Source: the human T2T-CHM13v2.0 reference genome, Homo sapiens. From it: 64,000 nt of DNA. Every line of letters begins with the position of its first letter. The stretch's first letter is position 1. Of this stretch, positions 15,216-37,493 are shown piece by piece. The position numbers and the translations under genes were made by a program. The notes below the pieces were generated by a model. It did no database searches. It was given only the letters and a program-made list of their open reading frames with translations, and was not told the origin of the DNA. The stretch lies in NCBI RefSeq assembly GCF_009914755.1, contig NC_060935.1. One strand, written 5' to 3'.

Positions 15216-16241
15216 ATGGGGAGAAACCAGAGAAGAAAAGCTGAAAATTCTATAAACCAGAGAGCCTCTTCTCCTCCAAAGGATTGCAGTTCCTCGCCAG
15301 CAATGGAACAAAGCTGGATGGAGAATGACTTTGATGAGCTAACAGAAGTAGGCTTCAGAAGGTCAGTAATAACAAACTTCTCCGAGCCAAAGGAGGATGT
15401 TCGAACCCATCGCAAGAAAGCTAAAAACGTTGAAAAAAGATTAGATAAATAGCTAGCTAGAATAAACAGTGTAGAGAAGACCTTAAATGACCCGATGGAG
15501 CTGAAAACCATGGCACAAGAACTACGTGACGCATGCACAAGCTTCAGTAGCTGATTCAATCAAGTGGAAGAAAGGGTATCAGAGATTGAAGATCAAATTA
15601 ATGAAATAAAGTGAGAAGAGAAGTTTAGAGAAAAAAGAATTAAAAAAAACAAACAAAGCCTCCAAGAAATATGGGACTATGTGAAAAGACCAAATCTACA
15701 TTTGATTGGTGTACCTGAAAGTGATGGAGAGAATGGAACCAAGCTGGAAAACACGCTTCAGGATATTATCCAGGAGAACTTCCCCAACTTAGCAAGGCAG
15801 GCCAACATTCAAATTCAGGAAATACAGAGAACACCACAAAGATACTCCTCAAGAAGAGCAACTCCAAGACACGTAATTGTCAGATTCACCAAGGTTGAAA
15901 TGAAGGAAAAAATTTTAAGGGCAGCCAGAGAGAAAGGTCAGGTTACCCACATAGGGAAGCCTATCAGACTAACAGCAGATCTCTCAGAAGAAACTCTACA
16001 AGCCAGAAGAGAGTGGGGGCCAATATTCAACATTCTTAAGGAAAAGAATTTTCAACCCCAAATTTCATATCCAGCCAAACTAAGCTTCATAAGTGAAAGA
16101 GAAATAAAATCCTTCACAGACAAGCAAATGCTGACAGATTTTGTCACCACCAGGCCTGCCCTAAAAGAGCTCCTGAAGGAAGCACTAAACATGGAAAGGA
16201 AAAGCTGGTACCAGCCACTGCAAAAACATACCAAATTGTAA
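15216..16241 (+). pseudogene. Disrupted L1 ORF1p
   Basis: MGRNQRRKAENS... ends at a premature stop at 15450. The C-terminal RRM/CTD part KRPNLHLIGVPE...QPLQKHTKL is intact. Confidence 0.9.
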
Positions 16242-16304
16242 AGACCATTGATGCTAGGAAGAAACTGCATCAACTAACGGGCAAAATAACCAGCTAACAT
16301 CATA

Positions 16305-20123
<3,819 letters not shown>

Positions 20124-21304
20124 ACAATGAGAAAACTTGGACACGGGGCAGGGAACATCACACACCGGGGCCTGTCGTAGGGTGGGGGGATGGGGGAGGG
20201 ATAGCATTAGGAGGAATACCTAATGTAATTGACGAGTTAATGGGTGCAGCAAACCAACACATATGTATACATGTGTAACAAACCTGCACATTGTGCACAT
20301 GTACCCTATAACTTAAAGTATAATAATAAAAAAAACCCTAGAAAAACATAAAAAAATTAAAGGACATTATGAGAGAATGAAAAGAAAAGATATTCAATGG
20401 GAGGAATATTTGAAAATCATGTTATTTGTTAAAGGATTTTTATCTAGATTGTGTAAGAACTCTTACAAGTCAATAATAAAATGACAAATAATCCAACTAA
20501 TAATGAGCACAGGATCTGAATAGACAGTTGTTTCCAAAGAAGATATCAAAATGGCCAGTAAGCACATGAAAAGGTGCTCAAGATTTTAGTTATCAGGAAC
20601 ATGCAAATCAAAACCACAATGAGCTACTGCTTCATATTCATTAGGATGGCTATAATAATAAAAGACAAATAATAAGTGTTGGTGAGGATGTGGGGAAATT
20701 GAAACTCTCATGCACTGTTGGTGAAAATGTAAAATGATGCAGCCACTTTGGAACAGTCTGACAATTCCTCAAAAGGTTAAACATAGAGTTTCCCTATAGC
20801 CTAGCAATTCCTCTCCTAGATATATAATCAAGAGAATTGAAAATATATGTTCATGCAAAAATTTGTACATGAATGTTAATAGCGGTATTGTTCACAATCG
20901 CTGAAAGGTAGAAACAATCCAAATATCTATTAACTGATAAATAAATAAAGAGTAGTCTAGCCATATACCCATACAATGGAATATTATTCAGCCATAAAAA
21001 GGAATGAAGTACTGATACAAGGTACTTCATGGATAAACTTAGGAACATTTTGTTAAGTGAAAGAAACCCATCTCTAACACATTTTTTTGTGATTCCACTT
21101 ATATAAAATGTCAAAATAGGCAAATTATTGTGGCAGAAAGTAGACTAATTATTGCAAAGAACTGCAGGGTATAGAGGGATTGGCAGATGGTGGCTAAAGA
21201 GTACAGGGCTTCTTTTTGGGATAATGAAAATTTTCTAAAATTGATTGTGGTGATGGTTGTACAGTTCTGTAAATACACTAAAATTCATTGAATTGTATGC
21301 TTTA

Positions 21305-21566
21305 GTTTTATTTTATTTTATTTTTTGAGACGGAGTTTCGCTCTTGTTGCCCAGGCTGCAGAACAATGGCAGATCTCAGCTCATGGCAACCTCCACCTCC
21401 TGGGTTCAAGCGATTCTCGTGGCTCAGCCTCCTGAGTAGCTGGGATTACAGGCACCCGCCAACACGCCCAGCTAATTTTTGTATTTTTAGTAGAGATGAG
21501 GTTTCACCATGTTGGCCAGGCTGGTCTCGAACTCCTGACCTCAAGTGATCCACCCACCTCGGCCTC
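21305..21566 (-). mobile_element. AluSp/Sq, 5'-truncated
   Basis: gagtttcgctcttgttgccc; TSD tgaatt(g/a)tat(g/a)cttta. Confidence 0.88.
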
Positions 21567-22690
21567 TGAATTATATACTTTAAATGGGTGAAATGTATGG
21601 TATGTGACTTGTATCTAAATAAAGCTGTTACAAATAATTTTTTAAAATAATTGTTTATATTTAAGAGATATGGAGCTAGGTGAAGATGAACAAAAATTAA
21701 TGAATCAAAATTCAGGTAGTCATTAGCTTTTACATGACTATCATTTCCATATATTACACATAAACACTTCTAAACTTTTCTATACCAAATTTTGACTTTC
21801 TTATTTTAGTAGACAAATAACTATTTCAAGTTACATTATGTTACTGTTGTCTGCCAGCCAATAGTTTCATTTTAGCAGTGTTGCCATCTAAATATGGCAA
21901 TGTCTGTGCAGTGATTTGAACATTTTGTTGCATATTTGCCCTTATTTATAAAAGTATAGTGGAATTGGAAAAATAAAGTGCTGATGTTAATGATTTTCCA
22001 ATTGTGTCAAAGGAAGCTATTATTTAGTATGCCAGAAACAGTAAATTTTGATGCTTATCAAATTTAAGCAGATCTGACAACTGTGTTCAATTATAAAAGA
22101 AAACAGTCAAACTTAAAACACATGTACAAAATGTTATAAGTATGTTGGCAAAGCTTGTGGCTAAAAATAAGGTGCAGTCATGGAACAAATGTGTGGATCT
22201 TTACAACTACGTGTAGCAGAATATTATTTTGATGTATCAGGTTTTTTTCCAGATAATATATATATTTTTTAACCTGGGGGTCCTTCCCAGTTCAAACTTG
22301 ACCTCTTGGCAGCCATGCCTCGGGATAGGGTTGTTGCAGCATAGTGCAGATACCAAAGAAGTCAATCCTTGGCCTTTGAGGTTTAAAATATGTTTTGGAA
22401 ACTCAAGGTAGAGATAAAAACCTTTGTGATTAAAAAGCTTTTGAACTTCAAAAGCTAGAACCATCCTGAGAATAAATTCAGAGAATAACCCAGAGAATAA
22501 ACTCAGGCCTTAACCACAGGCACATGAGAATATGTGATCAGTCAGAGCCAGTTTTTCCAGTGTCTTCTTTTCTCTTAAAGACTAGAAAAAAATTCCTTAG
22601 ACTTGTAAAGTGAAGACAGTCAGAGGAGAAGTGAGCTCTAAGTCTGGTGAATCTTTAAGGAGGAATCTATCCAGTGGCCCAACTTGCTAG

Positions 22691-23012
<322 letters not shown>

Positions 23013-23375
23013 GCTTCTGTGCCTTTTGAAGTGTAGACATTGAGAAGAAATGTTCGTGTGGCAGGGCCAGGCAGAGAGAGTCTGAGACAATATTCCTATG
23101 AACCCAGAGTGGCATGGGACAGTGGATGGATGTGTCCACTGCCCTCTGAGAGGGAAAAAGGAGTAGCTGAGAGCCTGGAGAGGCTTTCCTTCTGGGACAT
23201 GGAGTCATAAATATGATCAACGTGGTTGGGCAGTTGGAAACCAAATGGGAATAAAGATGTTATGGTAAATGCCAATATGCAGGTATCCCTCTCTGTCCCA
23301 TTCTTATTCCTTGGTACTTTGTGAACCCTGAGAGAAGGAATATGCCAAATATCATTTCAAGTAAACTGAATGAAC

Positions 23376-23456
23376 AAGGATTTTGAGTTGCAAGGATACA
23401 CCAGAAGGATTTTGAGTTGCAAGGATACACCAGAAGGATTTTGAGTTGCAAGGATA

Positions 23457-23459
<3 letters not shown>
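23376..23459. repeat. Perfect 2.9 x 29 bp tandem repeat (aaggattttgagttgcaaggatacaccag)
   Basis: Units counted directly. Confidence 0.95.
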
Positions 23460-23836
<377 letters not shown>

Positions 23837-24082
23837 TTATATCATGTTTGAGACGTCATAATTTTTTTCTCTAGCTCTATGGATTGAATTCCTTCCTTTC
23901 CTCCTTTCCTCCTTCCCCCACCAAATAAAACATTTAAGTATAAAGTTCAAATTTCAGGCATTCTACTTTCCAAAACATTTTCCAGGAAAGCATTATGTAT
24001 TATTAAAGGCAGGGACTGTCTGAATGGGAAAATAGCTTTCCTACCCACCCCCCATTCCAGAATATTGCAATGAAAATGATCA

Positions 24083-24535
<453 letters not shown>

Positions 24536-24550
24536 TTAGTGGGCCTTATT

Positions 24551-25171
24551 CCTTTGCTACTGAGGAGAAAGATGGAGCCTGGGTCTCAAGCCCACCTTTG
24601 CTGTACCTTTGCCAAATGGTACTGTATGCTTGCCGGCTAGAAGGAGGGTGAGGGATTTTTTTACAGCCTGAGAATGAGTGTGTGTGAGTGAGGTGGTATC
24701 CACATTCTTACATTCTTTTTTTGTTTTGTTTTGTTTTTGAGACAGAGTCTCACTCTGTTGCCCAGGCTGGAGTGCAGTGGCGCGATCTCCACTCACCGCA
24801 ACATCCACCTCGCAGGTGCAAGCAATTCTCCTGCCTCAGCCTCCTGAGGAGCTGGGATTACAGGCGCCTGCCACCACCCCCGGCTAGTTTTTGTATTTTT
24901 AGTAGATACGGGGTTTCACCATTTTGGCCAGGCTGGTCTCGATCTCCTGACCTCAGGTGATCCATCTGCCTTGGCCTCCCAAAGTGCTGAGATTACAGGC
25001 ATGAGCCACCACCGTGCCCCGCCTGAGCCAACACTGCACCCGGCCATTCTTAACTCCAAGTCATTGCAGTTTCTTTTTCCCAGAAAACAAGGGGTTAGAT
25101 GTTGCATTTCATAAAACTAACCAAAGTTCTGTTTACTGATGCAGCACAAGAGATGTAAAAAAAAAAAAAAA
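24551..25171 (+). pseudogene. Retrocopy of a non-repeat RNA fragment (probably a 3' UTR), later split by an Alu
   Basis: A15 tail at 25157-25171; TSD tagtgggccttatt at 24537-24550 and 25174-25187. Body not recognisable as a transposon. Confidence 0.7.
24716..25045 (-). mobile_element. AluS with duplicated 5' end
   Basis: TSD cattctta. Confidence 0.88.
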
Positions 25172-25334
25172 GGTAGTGGGCCTTATTATATCATTATAGT
25201 GAGAATAGCCCTGGATTTTGAGTCTAAATGGTTTCAGTTCTTTGTCATCTTTGTGGTCTTCATTTTTGTTTCTGTCTTTATACATATTTTTAAATAAAAC
25301 ATCATTAAAACTATATAGTTCAAAAATATTATTT

Positions 25335-25473
25335 TTCTTTTTAAAAAATTTATAATAGAGACGGGATTTCACCATGTTGCCCAGGCTAGTCTTGAACTCC
25401 TGGGCTCAAGTGATCCACTTGCCTCGGTCTCCCAAAGTGGTGGGATTACAGGCGTGAGCCACCGTGCCTGGCC
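25335..25473 (-). mobile_element. Alu left monomer (FLAM_C-like)
   Basis: Single arm. Confidence 0.8.
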
Positions 25474-25619
25474 TCAAAATATTATTAATTATAAAATATA
25501 TGATACATACAAAAGTGTATTAAAACCTCTGGCATTTAAAGAATATTGCTAAAATAAACACCCATTTTTGTACCATCCACCTTAGAAATAGAACTTTACA
25601 AATATCTTTAATAGCTTAT

Positions 25620-25752
25620 GAATCACCTGGGGATCATTTTAAAGTGTGGATTCTGATTTAGTAGGTGTGTGAAAGAGTCTGAGATTCTGTATTTCTAACA
25701 GGCTACCAAGTGACCCAGATACCAGTGGGCCAAGGATCACGCGTGGAGTAGC
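25620..25752. mobile_element. MER5-type DNA transposon
   Basis: aatcacctgggga...gattctgatttagtagg...tttctaaca...gagtagca. Confidence 0.65.
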
Positions 25753-26067
25753 ATGATCTGAGATGGCTCCCGTGTGCTTCTCCTAATTCTATCCCTTTTA
25801 TCTCCATAAGAGGTAGACACTTTCTTAAATTTTGCATCAATTATTCCTTGTTTTATTTTAAATAGTTTATCTGTAATACATTTTTAAACATTATAACTGT
25901 TTAGTTTTGCCTATTTTAAAATTTTATACAAATGAAAAAATAAGTTGTACATTCTCTGTGACTTGCTTATTTTATTCAATCTTGTGTTTTACAGCCACAT
26001 TCATGTTGATGCGGAGACCTGTAGTTCATTAATTTTTGCCACTTGTTAGTTTCTGATGTATGAATAG

Positions 26068-26374
<307 letters not shown>

Positions 26375-26685
26375 ATGAATAGGGCCTATCTTATGCATGA
26401 ATTTCTATTGTTGATGGACATTTGGTTGCTTTCACTTTTTTGCTATGACAAACAAATTTCTGGTACATGTTTTACAGTGCAAATGTGCCAGAACTTCTTT
26501 AGATTATATGCCTACGAATAGAACTGCAGGATCATAGAGTATATATATCTTCAATGTTTATTTTGATGCTAAATTGTTGTTGAAAGTGGTCAATCCAATT
26601 CACACCCCACCCCACATTCCACATCCACTAACACTGGGCTGGTCAGATTTTTTTGGAGATTAGGTGGCTGTAAAAGTGTATTTTG

Positions 26686-27281
26686 GTATGGAATCAACCT
26701 GGGTGTTCTACAACAGGTGAATGGATAAAGAAAATTGGTATGTATACACAATGGAATATTATTCAGCCATAAAAAAGGATGAAACCCTGTTATTCCTGGC
26801 AACATGGATGGAACTGGAGGACATTATGTAAAGTGAAATAAGCCAGGCACAGAGAGTTAAAAACCATATGTTCTTACTCATATGTAGAAGCTAAAAAAAG
26901 TTGATCTCATAGGAGTAAAAAGTAGAACAGAGGGTACTAGAGGCTGGGATGGGTAGGGAAAAGGGAGGAATAGGGAGAGATTAAAGGCTACAAAATTACA
27001 GCTAGTTAGGAGGAATAAATTCTAGTGTCCTATACCACTATAGGATGACTATAGTTAACAATAATATATAGTTTCAAATAGCTAGAGGGAGGATATTGAA
27101 CATTCTCAACACAAACAATTGATAAATGTTTGAGGTGATGGATAAGCTAATTACCCTGATCTGATCACTGTACATTATGTGTATCGAAACATCAGTATGT
27201 GCCCCCATTAATGTGTACAATTGTTATTCGTCAATTAAAAAATTAAACAAAAACAAACCACATTGCTTACCAAAAGCCAAG
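26686..27281 (+). mobile_element. L1MA4/5-like 3' fragment
   Basis: L1MA 3' UTR; near-perfect TSD aaagtgtattttg / aaagtgtatcttg at 26673 and 27282. Confidence 0.8.
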
Positions 27282-27809
27282 AAAGTGTATCTTGAGATTT
27301 TTAATTGCTACTTCAAAAAATGAGATTTTCATGTTTATTAGCTAACCAGGTCCTTCATATCTTTACTAGCTGTGAGAACTCATATGAACTGCTTAACTTT
27401 TTTGCCATTATCAAAATTACTTAGTTTACTTTTAGATATCACTTTGGCCAGTTTTGCTGGGGAGAGGTCACTATTCCCATAGTGACCTATTCCTTCCTAT
27501 CATCCCACTTCCCACATTAGGTAACATGATGACTTTGTTAATGCTGATTCTCCTCCTAATGCTCATTTTAATGTAGATCACATGCAATGGTGAAAGAGGA
27601 TCAGGGAAGAGGACACATTGTTCTTTTCTCACTTCTTGGTCTTTGCTATGCTTTTCCCTCTGCTAAGAACACTCTCCCGGCCTAAACTGTGAGCTCTGGA
27701 AGGAGAAGAATTGCGTACTTTGTTCACAAATTTAGGGCTAGATTGAGTCATATGTTTCAGTGCTTCTCAAACTTTCACGTGCATGCGAATTATATGGGGA
27801 TCATGTTAA

Positions 27810-28194
<385 letters not shown>

Positions 28195-28239
28195 TGATGA
28201 CAGTGCTGCTAGTCCAAGGAAAACAATCATGTGGATACC

Positions 28240-28325
28240 CATTCACTCATTTATTGAACAGATGTTTATTGAGTGCCTGCCATGTGCCAGGTATTATTCT
28301 AGACATAGAAGATATAACAGTGGAT
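28240..28325 (-). mobile_element. L2 3' end (another near 47810-48130)
   Basis: attcactcatttatt..tttattgagtgcctgccatgtgccagg. Confidence 0.7.
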
Positions 28326-28914
28326 GGGGCAGGATAATAATTTATCACTCTCAGATTGAAAGCCTGTAAGTATTTATTCAATATTTATATAGTTGAGGTG
28401 GATAGCAACTTATAGTCTACTAGCTAAAATTGTACAGTTGAGCCACATGATATGCACATTCAACTTTTGTATTTTTATCTGACTTTCATGCTTTCCAATG
28501 CGTTTTTGTTTTGTAGTTTCTTCTTTCTTCATGAGAGTATGTGTTTGTGTGTGTACCACTTCTTGGGTGATAGATTATGGGGTTAAACTTAGATAAAATC
28601 ACTCTTAGTAGATACCACTATGTTGTACATTATTTAGTTTTATAATTCAAGGAGGTAACTGTGACGTGAAGCTTCAGGCAGCCATCAAATGACTGGTCTC
28701 ATCATTAGTTTTACTGCCTGTAGTGGCACCATACAACTTGGGCATGTGATTCAAAAAATGCTGAACAGAGATAGGTCAGTCCAGGCAAGGAGTGTTTTAA
28801 AATGTCCACCCAAAGAAACAGTCTACCTCAATTATGTAGAAACATGAGTTAACCAGTACCTTATTTCTGATTTATTCCAGTGATGTTTTACTACTTCTTA
28901 CAGATGATGGTCTA

Positions 28915-29335
28915 ATCAAATGTCCAGTTGGCCAGTGACACACAAAGCTATGTATTTACTAAATCTCATTTCTTTTTCCTCCTCTGGGTGAAAAAAGGAC
29001 TGCATTTCCCAGCCTTCTTTGCCATATATTAGCTGTAAGACTGGTTTCAGGCCAATGATACACGGGTCAAAGTGATGTGAGCCAACCTCAGGCCAGGTGC
29101 TTAAAAATGCTGTGTGACCTTGACCATTTCCCCCACCATTAAGATCTTGGAGGTCAAAGGGTGAGATGGCAGGATTGCAAGATGAGAGGGGCTCAGATGT
29201 GGAGACACTGGATGGATAAATTTCCCTGAGAGTCACCTGATGTGTCTCAAATTTAGCATAGGTGGAAAGCTTTGTGGTATGAAGTCACTGACATTTGGGG
29301 TTTGTTTGTTACTATGGCATAAGCAATCTGCCTAA
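28915..29335 (+). mobile_element. Old MLT1 (I/J-like) LTR
   Basis: actgcatttcccagcc...ggccaatg...aagtcactgacatttggggtttgtttgttact. Confidence 0.6.
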
Positions 29336-29799
29336 TAGGTGTTCTGACTGTCAAGCTAGGGCCTACCACATTGTGTTACACCTAATTGCCACATAAATAT
29401 TTTCGAGATGAATGAATTAGATTAATTTTTACTAAATCTCTTTACCATAAGATTCTAGTCCTGACTTCAACTGAATGTACTAAAAATTTAGTTTATAAGT
29501 TAAAAGTAGGTGGAGCATAGGAGGAATTTAGTAAAGATTTGCTGAATGAAAGAAGACAAAAATGAGAAATTTTCACCCTCAGCTTCCTGGAAGGGATTTT
29601 TAAATTGTTCATTTTTAGAATGTAGGTAGTAGGTAGGTAGGTAGTTAGGCAGACATGATCAGGGCAAGACAGGTCCCCCCTCCAGGAATGTCAGGCAAGC
29701 ATCAAGTGATGGTCAGGGGGTTGTTAAACTGTCTCTCTAAAGTAATAACTGGTTGCAGCCAGTGCCAGGGAGAGACAGTCTTCCAATAGAAAACACGTG

Positions 29800-30201
<402 letters not shown>

Positions 30202-30220
30202 CTAAGAGGTAAAATGGTGA

Positions 30221-30545
<325 letters not shown>

Positions 30546-31009
30546 TGTGTGGTTTTCTTCCAGGAACACTTAACTGGCAAGGGAAAAATGCCTCAAGTGA
30601 GCATGCCTACAGCTTCAGTAAACACACTGCGCATGTGGCCCCCCTCCCAAGTGCTGGCGGCCCACTGAGCATGTGCACGACCCACCCCAAGGGAAGAATC
30701 AAAGGAGGAGAAAAGAAGACCCAGAACCATGCCAATGTAATAAAACCCCAAGTCAAGAGTTGATCAAGGCACCTGGATCTCTCAAGTTGCCCACTTGGCC
30801 CTCTTCGAAGTTTACTTCCTTTCATTCCTGCTCTAAAAGTTTTTCATAAACTTTCACTCCTGCTCTAAAACTTGCCTCAGTCTCTCTCTCTTCCTTAACC
30901 CTACATCTGCCCCTCAGCTGAATTCTTTCCCTCCAAGGAGGCAAGGATCAAATTTGCTACAGAGCTGTATGGATTCACCACTAGTAACAAGAACAAAGTA
31001 TCAAAATTA

Positions 31010-31326
<317 letters not shown>

Positions 31327-32344
31327 CTAATTAAAAAAGTTTTGGAAAATGTTTGAGAAAAATAGAAAAACATTTTTCCTCCTTTAATACTATAATGTAC
31401 ATTTTTTGTATTTTTAGGCTTCTTGTTTCTGTTAGATTATTGTGATTGCACTCTAGATGTTCTGGCCTGCTATTTTCTATGTTATTACATAGTCTTCACA
31501 AGCATAATTTGTAATGGTTGATGTTATAATACATCTAGGGAATAAGTTATTTAATCCTTTTCTCTTTTGAACATTTAGGTCATTACCAATTTTTCATTTT
31601 CACGTGTGCTGCTATGATAGACCTATTTGTATAGTAAGATTTTCTGTATTTAGAATAATTGTCTTGAGGTATATCTGAAAAAAAAAAAAGCTTTTTAGTA
31701 ATCCAAAAATCTCAGGCTGAAACCAACTCCATTCAGATTAGGACTTTGCATTGGTTTAAGAGTATGCTTTCTAATCCAGTGCTCAACCCTGAATTAGGTC
31801 TTCAAGGTCAGCTTCATCATTTGTGTGATTCTATAAAACACATGTGCTCACCATATACATGTACACTTAAAAATAGGCCAAATATAAACATTTAAAACAT
31901 CAGTTTCCCAAAGCACAGTATCTAATATAATGATGTAACTGCCTAATCATCATACACGTCCCCCTGCCACCAAACCCTTGAGAATTATGAGACACACACA
32001 CACACACATTTGGCTAAGATACAGACGTACAAGAAAAGATCTGTCTGGATCCGGAGGTTATCATGGAACAGTTCAGCAAAATGTGGTTGCAATAAGAAAT
32101 AAGGACATTTCTATCCTGGTTATCTCTCCTTTTAGAGCAGGAAAAAAGAACTAAGTCACTTGTTGCCCATTCCCAGTTCATGAAATCAGTGGCAAAACAG
32201 AAATGACTGTGTTGCACCTTGTCTGATGTTTCTTGGAAGTTACAATAAGCTGCCAATAAAGACTCAACTTGTGGTCGTGGTGTAATTGAACTATCTCTGG
32301 TCGTGATGTGAAATCCCTGATTTTAGATACTCACCCTCTCACTC

Positions 32345-32500
32345 ATGGCATGACTTTAGGTAATTAATTTATTTTTTCTGAGTCATGTATCTTTCATTTG
32401 TAAAATGGGATCATTGTAACAAAGGGTGCCTCACAATATGGTGGTGAGAATTTGATATGATAATGGGTAAGAAGATGCTTTATAAACTGTAATGGTCTGT
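32345..32500 (+). mobile_element. MIR fragment (similar MIR relics near 39500, 42480, 44150, 45620, 46600 and 51400)
   Basis: ttcatttgtaaaatggga...gtggtgagaatt core. Confidence 0.6.
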
Positions 32501-32639
32501 ACAAGATATATTTGCTGTTTCTCATTTACTTTTTCTATCTCCTCCAAAACCAGGGCTGCTCTTGATTGGTTACGTTAATTCATAGTGTGCTTTGGAAGAT
32601 GTTATACCTTCCTCATTCCAACAAGTCACCTTGCAGGGC

Positions 32640-33599
32640 TCAGCCGGGAAAGATGTTGACCTGAAGCTTCCTCTGCAGAGCGCCCTTCACCTCCTTGTTG
32701 CGGAGGCTATAGATGAAGGGATTGAGCATGGGAATTATGATGGTGTAGAAGACGGACACTACTTGGCCATTGGTATTGTTAGTAGATCCATGGGGCTGAA
32801 CATAGGTGAAAACCACAGTGCCATAGAAAATGGCAATGGCCAGAAAGTGGGAGGCACAAGTGGAGAGGTCCTTCTCCCTCCCTGCTACTGAGCGCATCCT
32901 CCCAATGGCCACCAAGACCAAGCAGTAGGAGGTGAGAATGACTGCAGCAGGCAGAAGGGTGACCAGAGCAGAAAAGACATAGAGGACCACTCTTGCTGTG
33001 GCTGTGTTGGCACAAGCCAGGTGGAGAAGGGGTGGTATGTCACAGTAGTAGTGTGTTAGCTGGTTGGGCCCACAGAAAGGCAGGGCAAAGACATTTCCAG
33101 TCTGGATAGCGGAGTTGGCTCCACCAAATGCATAGGACACAGCTACCAGCTGGAGACAGGTCCCCCTGGTCATGATAGAACCATAATGGAGGGGTTGACA
33201 GATGGCTAGGAAGCGGTCATAGGCCATGGAGGCCAGCAGGAAGCTCTCAGCTGTCACATGCACTACAAAGAAGGCGAGCTGGACCACACAGCCCTCAAAA
33301 GAGATGGACTTGTCAGAGACCAGGAAGTTGACCAAGAGCTTAGGTGTGACCACAGAAGAGTAACAAATATCAAGAAACGAGAGGACATTGAGGAAGAAAT
33401 ACATTGGGCTTTGGAGATGGGAGTCTGTGAAGATGAGTGCCATCATTCCCAAGTTGCCCACCACTGTTATGGCATAGATGAGCAGGATGGCTCCGAAGAG
33501 AAGCTCCTGGAGGTCTGGATAATTGGAGAATCCCTGCAAGATGAACTTGGTGACTGGGGTGTGGTTGCCACTGGCAAGGGCTAGTTCTCCAGGTGTCAT
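32640..33599 (-). CDS. Olfactory receptor, class II (family 5/8/9-like), single-exon intact ORF of 319 aa; functional status uncertain
   Basis: OR signature motifs in order: N-glycosylation site NHT, GN in TM1, LQSPMYFFL, MAYDRFLAICQPLHY, FCGPN..HYYCD.PPLL.LAC, SY, KDLSTCASH (variant of KAFSTCASH), PMLNPFIYSLRNKEV. No stops or frameshifts. Confidence 0.95.
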   Translation of the reverse strand: MTPGELALASGNHTPVTKFILQGFSNYPDLQELLFGAILLIYAITVVGNLGMMALIFTDSHLQSPMYFFLNVLSFLDICYSSVVTPKLLVNFLVSDKSISFEGCVVQLAFFVVHVTAESFLLASMAYDRFLAICQPLHYGSIMTRGTCLQLVAVSYAFGGANSAIQTGNVFALPFCGPNQLTHYYCDIPPLLHLACANTATARVVLYVFSALVTLLPAAVILTSYCLVLVAIGRMRSVAGREKDLSTCASHFLAIAIFYGTVVFTYVQPHGSTNNTNGQVVSVFYTIIIPMLNPFIYSLRNKEVKGALQRKLQVNIFPG

Positions 33600-33679
33600 C
33601 TGCAGAGGTTACAGTTGGCAATCACTCAAACAGTATTACTTGAGCACGTCTACATCTGTGCAAGGTACAATGAGGAAGA

Positions 33680-36410
<2,731 letters not shown>

Positions 36411-36486
36411 AATACCAAGTTAAGTATAAGGCTCCTTCTACAAGAAGCCAAAAAAGGGATTTTGTAGGCATTCTAAAGTTAGTTGC

Positions 36487-36975
36487 TTTTTCTTTCCTTT
36501 TTTTCACGTTTCAGTTATTTATTCATCAGTGTAATGTCCAACGCAGTACACCAGCATGATTTCATGTTTGTGGAGGAGAAATATTTCCTGGTTAAGTGGA
36601 AAAGTGTGTGGATGGCGTCTAGAAGATCCTAATTCTAAGCAGCTTTACAGTGAAGCATTTCATTTAGAAATCTGGGCCTTCTTTCTTCAGTTTGCTGTAA
36701 TCTACATTCACTGAGTAGGACTTGTATTGATCATTGGGACTCAGTTTGTTCCAGGGTTCTGGGTTATTGTTTCTGGCCCAACTAACATCTGGACTGAAAG
36801 ATGCCAGACACAAGACATACCATGCTGCTCCAGTACTCCCAGCTCCAATAAATATGAAGCAGGATATCAAACTCGGATTCTTCTTGGTCTGACTAAGGGT
36901 CTGGTGGGGCATGTCTGCAGCAGAAACCTCTGATTCGAAAGGAGAGAACAAGCCTAGCTAATAGGCTCTGGACTA
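36487..36975 (-). pseudogene. NDUFA4: Processed copy of NDUFA4 (COXFA4, cytochrome c oxidase subunit) with 5' UTR, open 82-aa ORF at 36664-36912, 3' UTR, AATAAA and decayed poly(A)
   Basis: Translation [16 protein letters not shown]...[34 protein letters not shown] matches NDUFA4. Intronless; AATAAA on the minus strand at 36518-36523; T-rich tail at 36487-36504. Confidence 0.93.
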
Positions 36976-37107
36976 AGCAGTATCTCTATTTACTTTTTCA
37001 ATACTTAGTTATCAAATTATATCTTCGTGTGGTATTCTGGAAATTTGCATATGCTGGTGAGATGCCTTCTCATAAGATTCAGCATAGGTTAGAAGCATAT
37101 ATTTCTT

Positions 37108-37493
<386 letters not shown>

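Noticed and set aside
21700-22240. Possible decayed hAT transposase C-terminus
   Set aside because: The resemblance is too faint to support without a profile search.
22468-22506. Three 12-13 bp gagaataa..ca repeats; also a 17-bp duplication at 56381-56414
   Set aside because: Ordinary short slippage duplications.
32640-33599. Assigning a specific OR gene symbol
   Set aside because: I cannot identify the paralogue reliably from memory.
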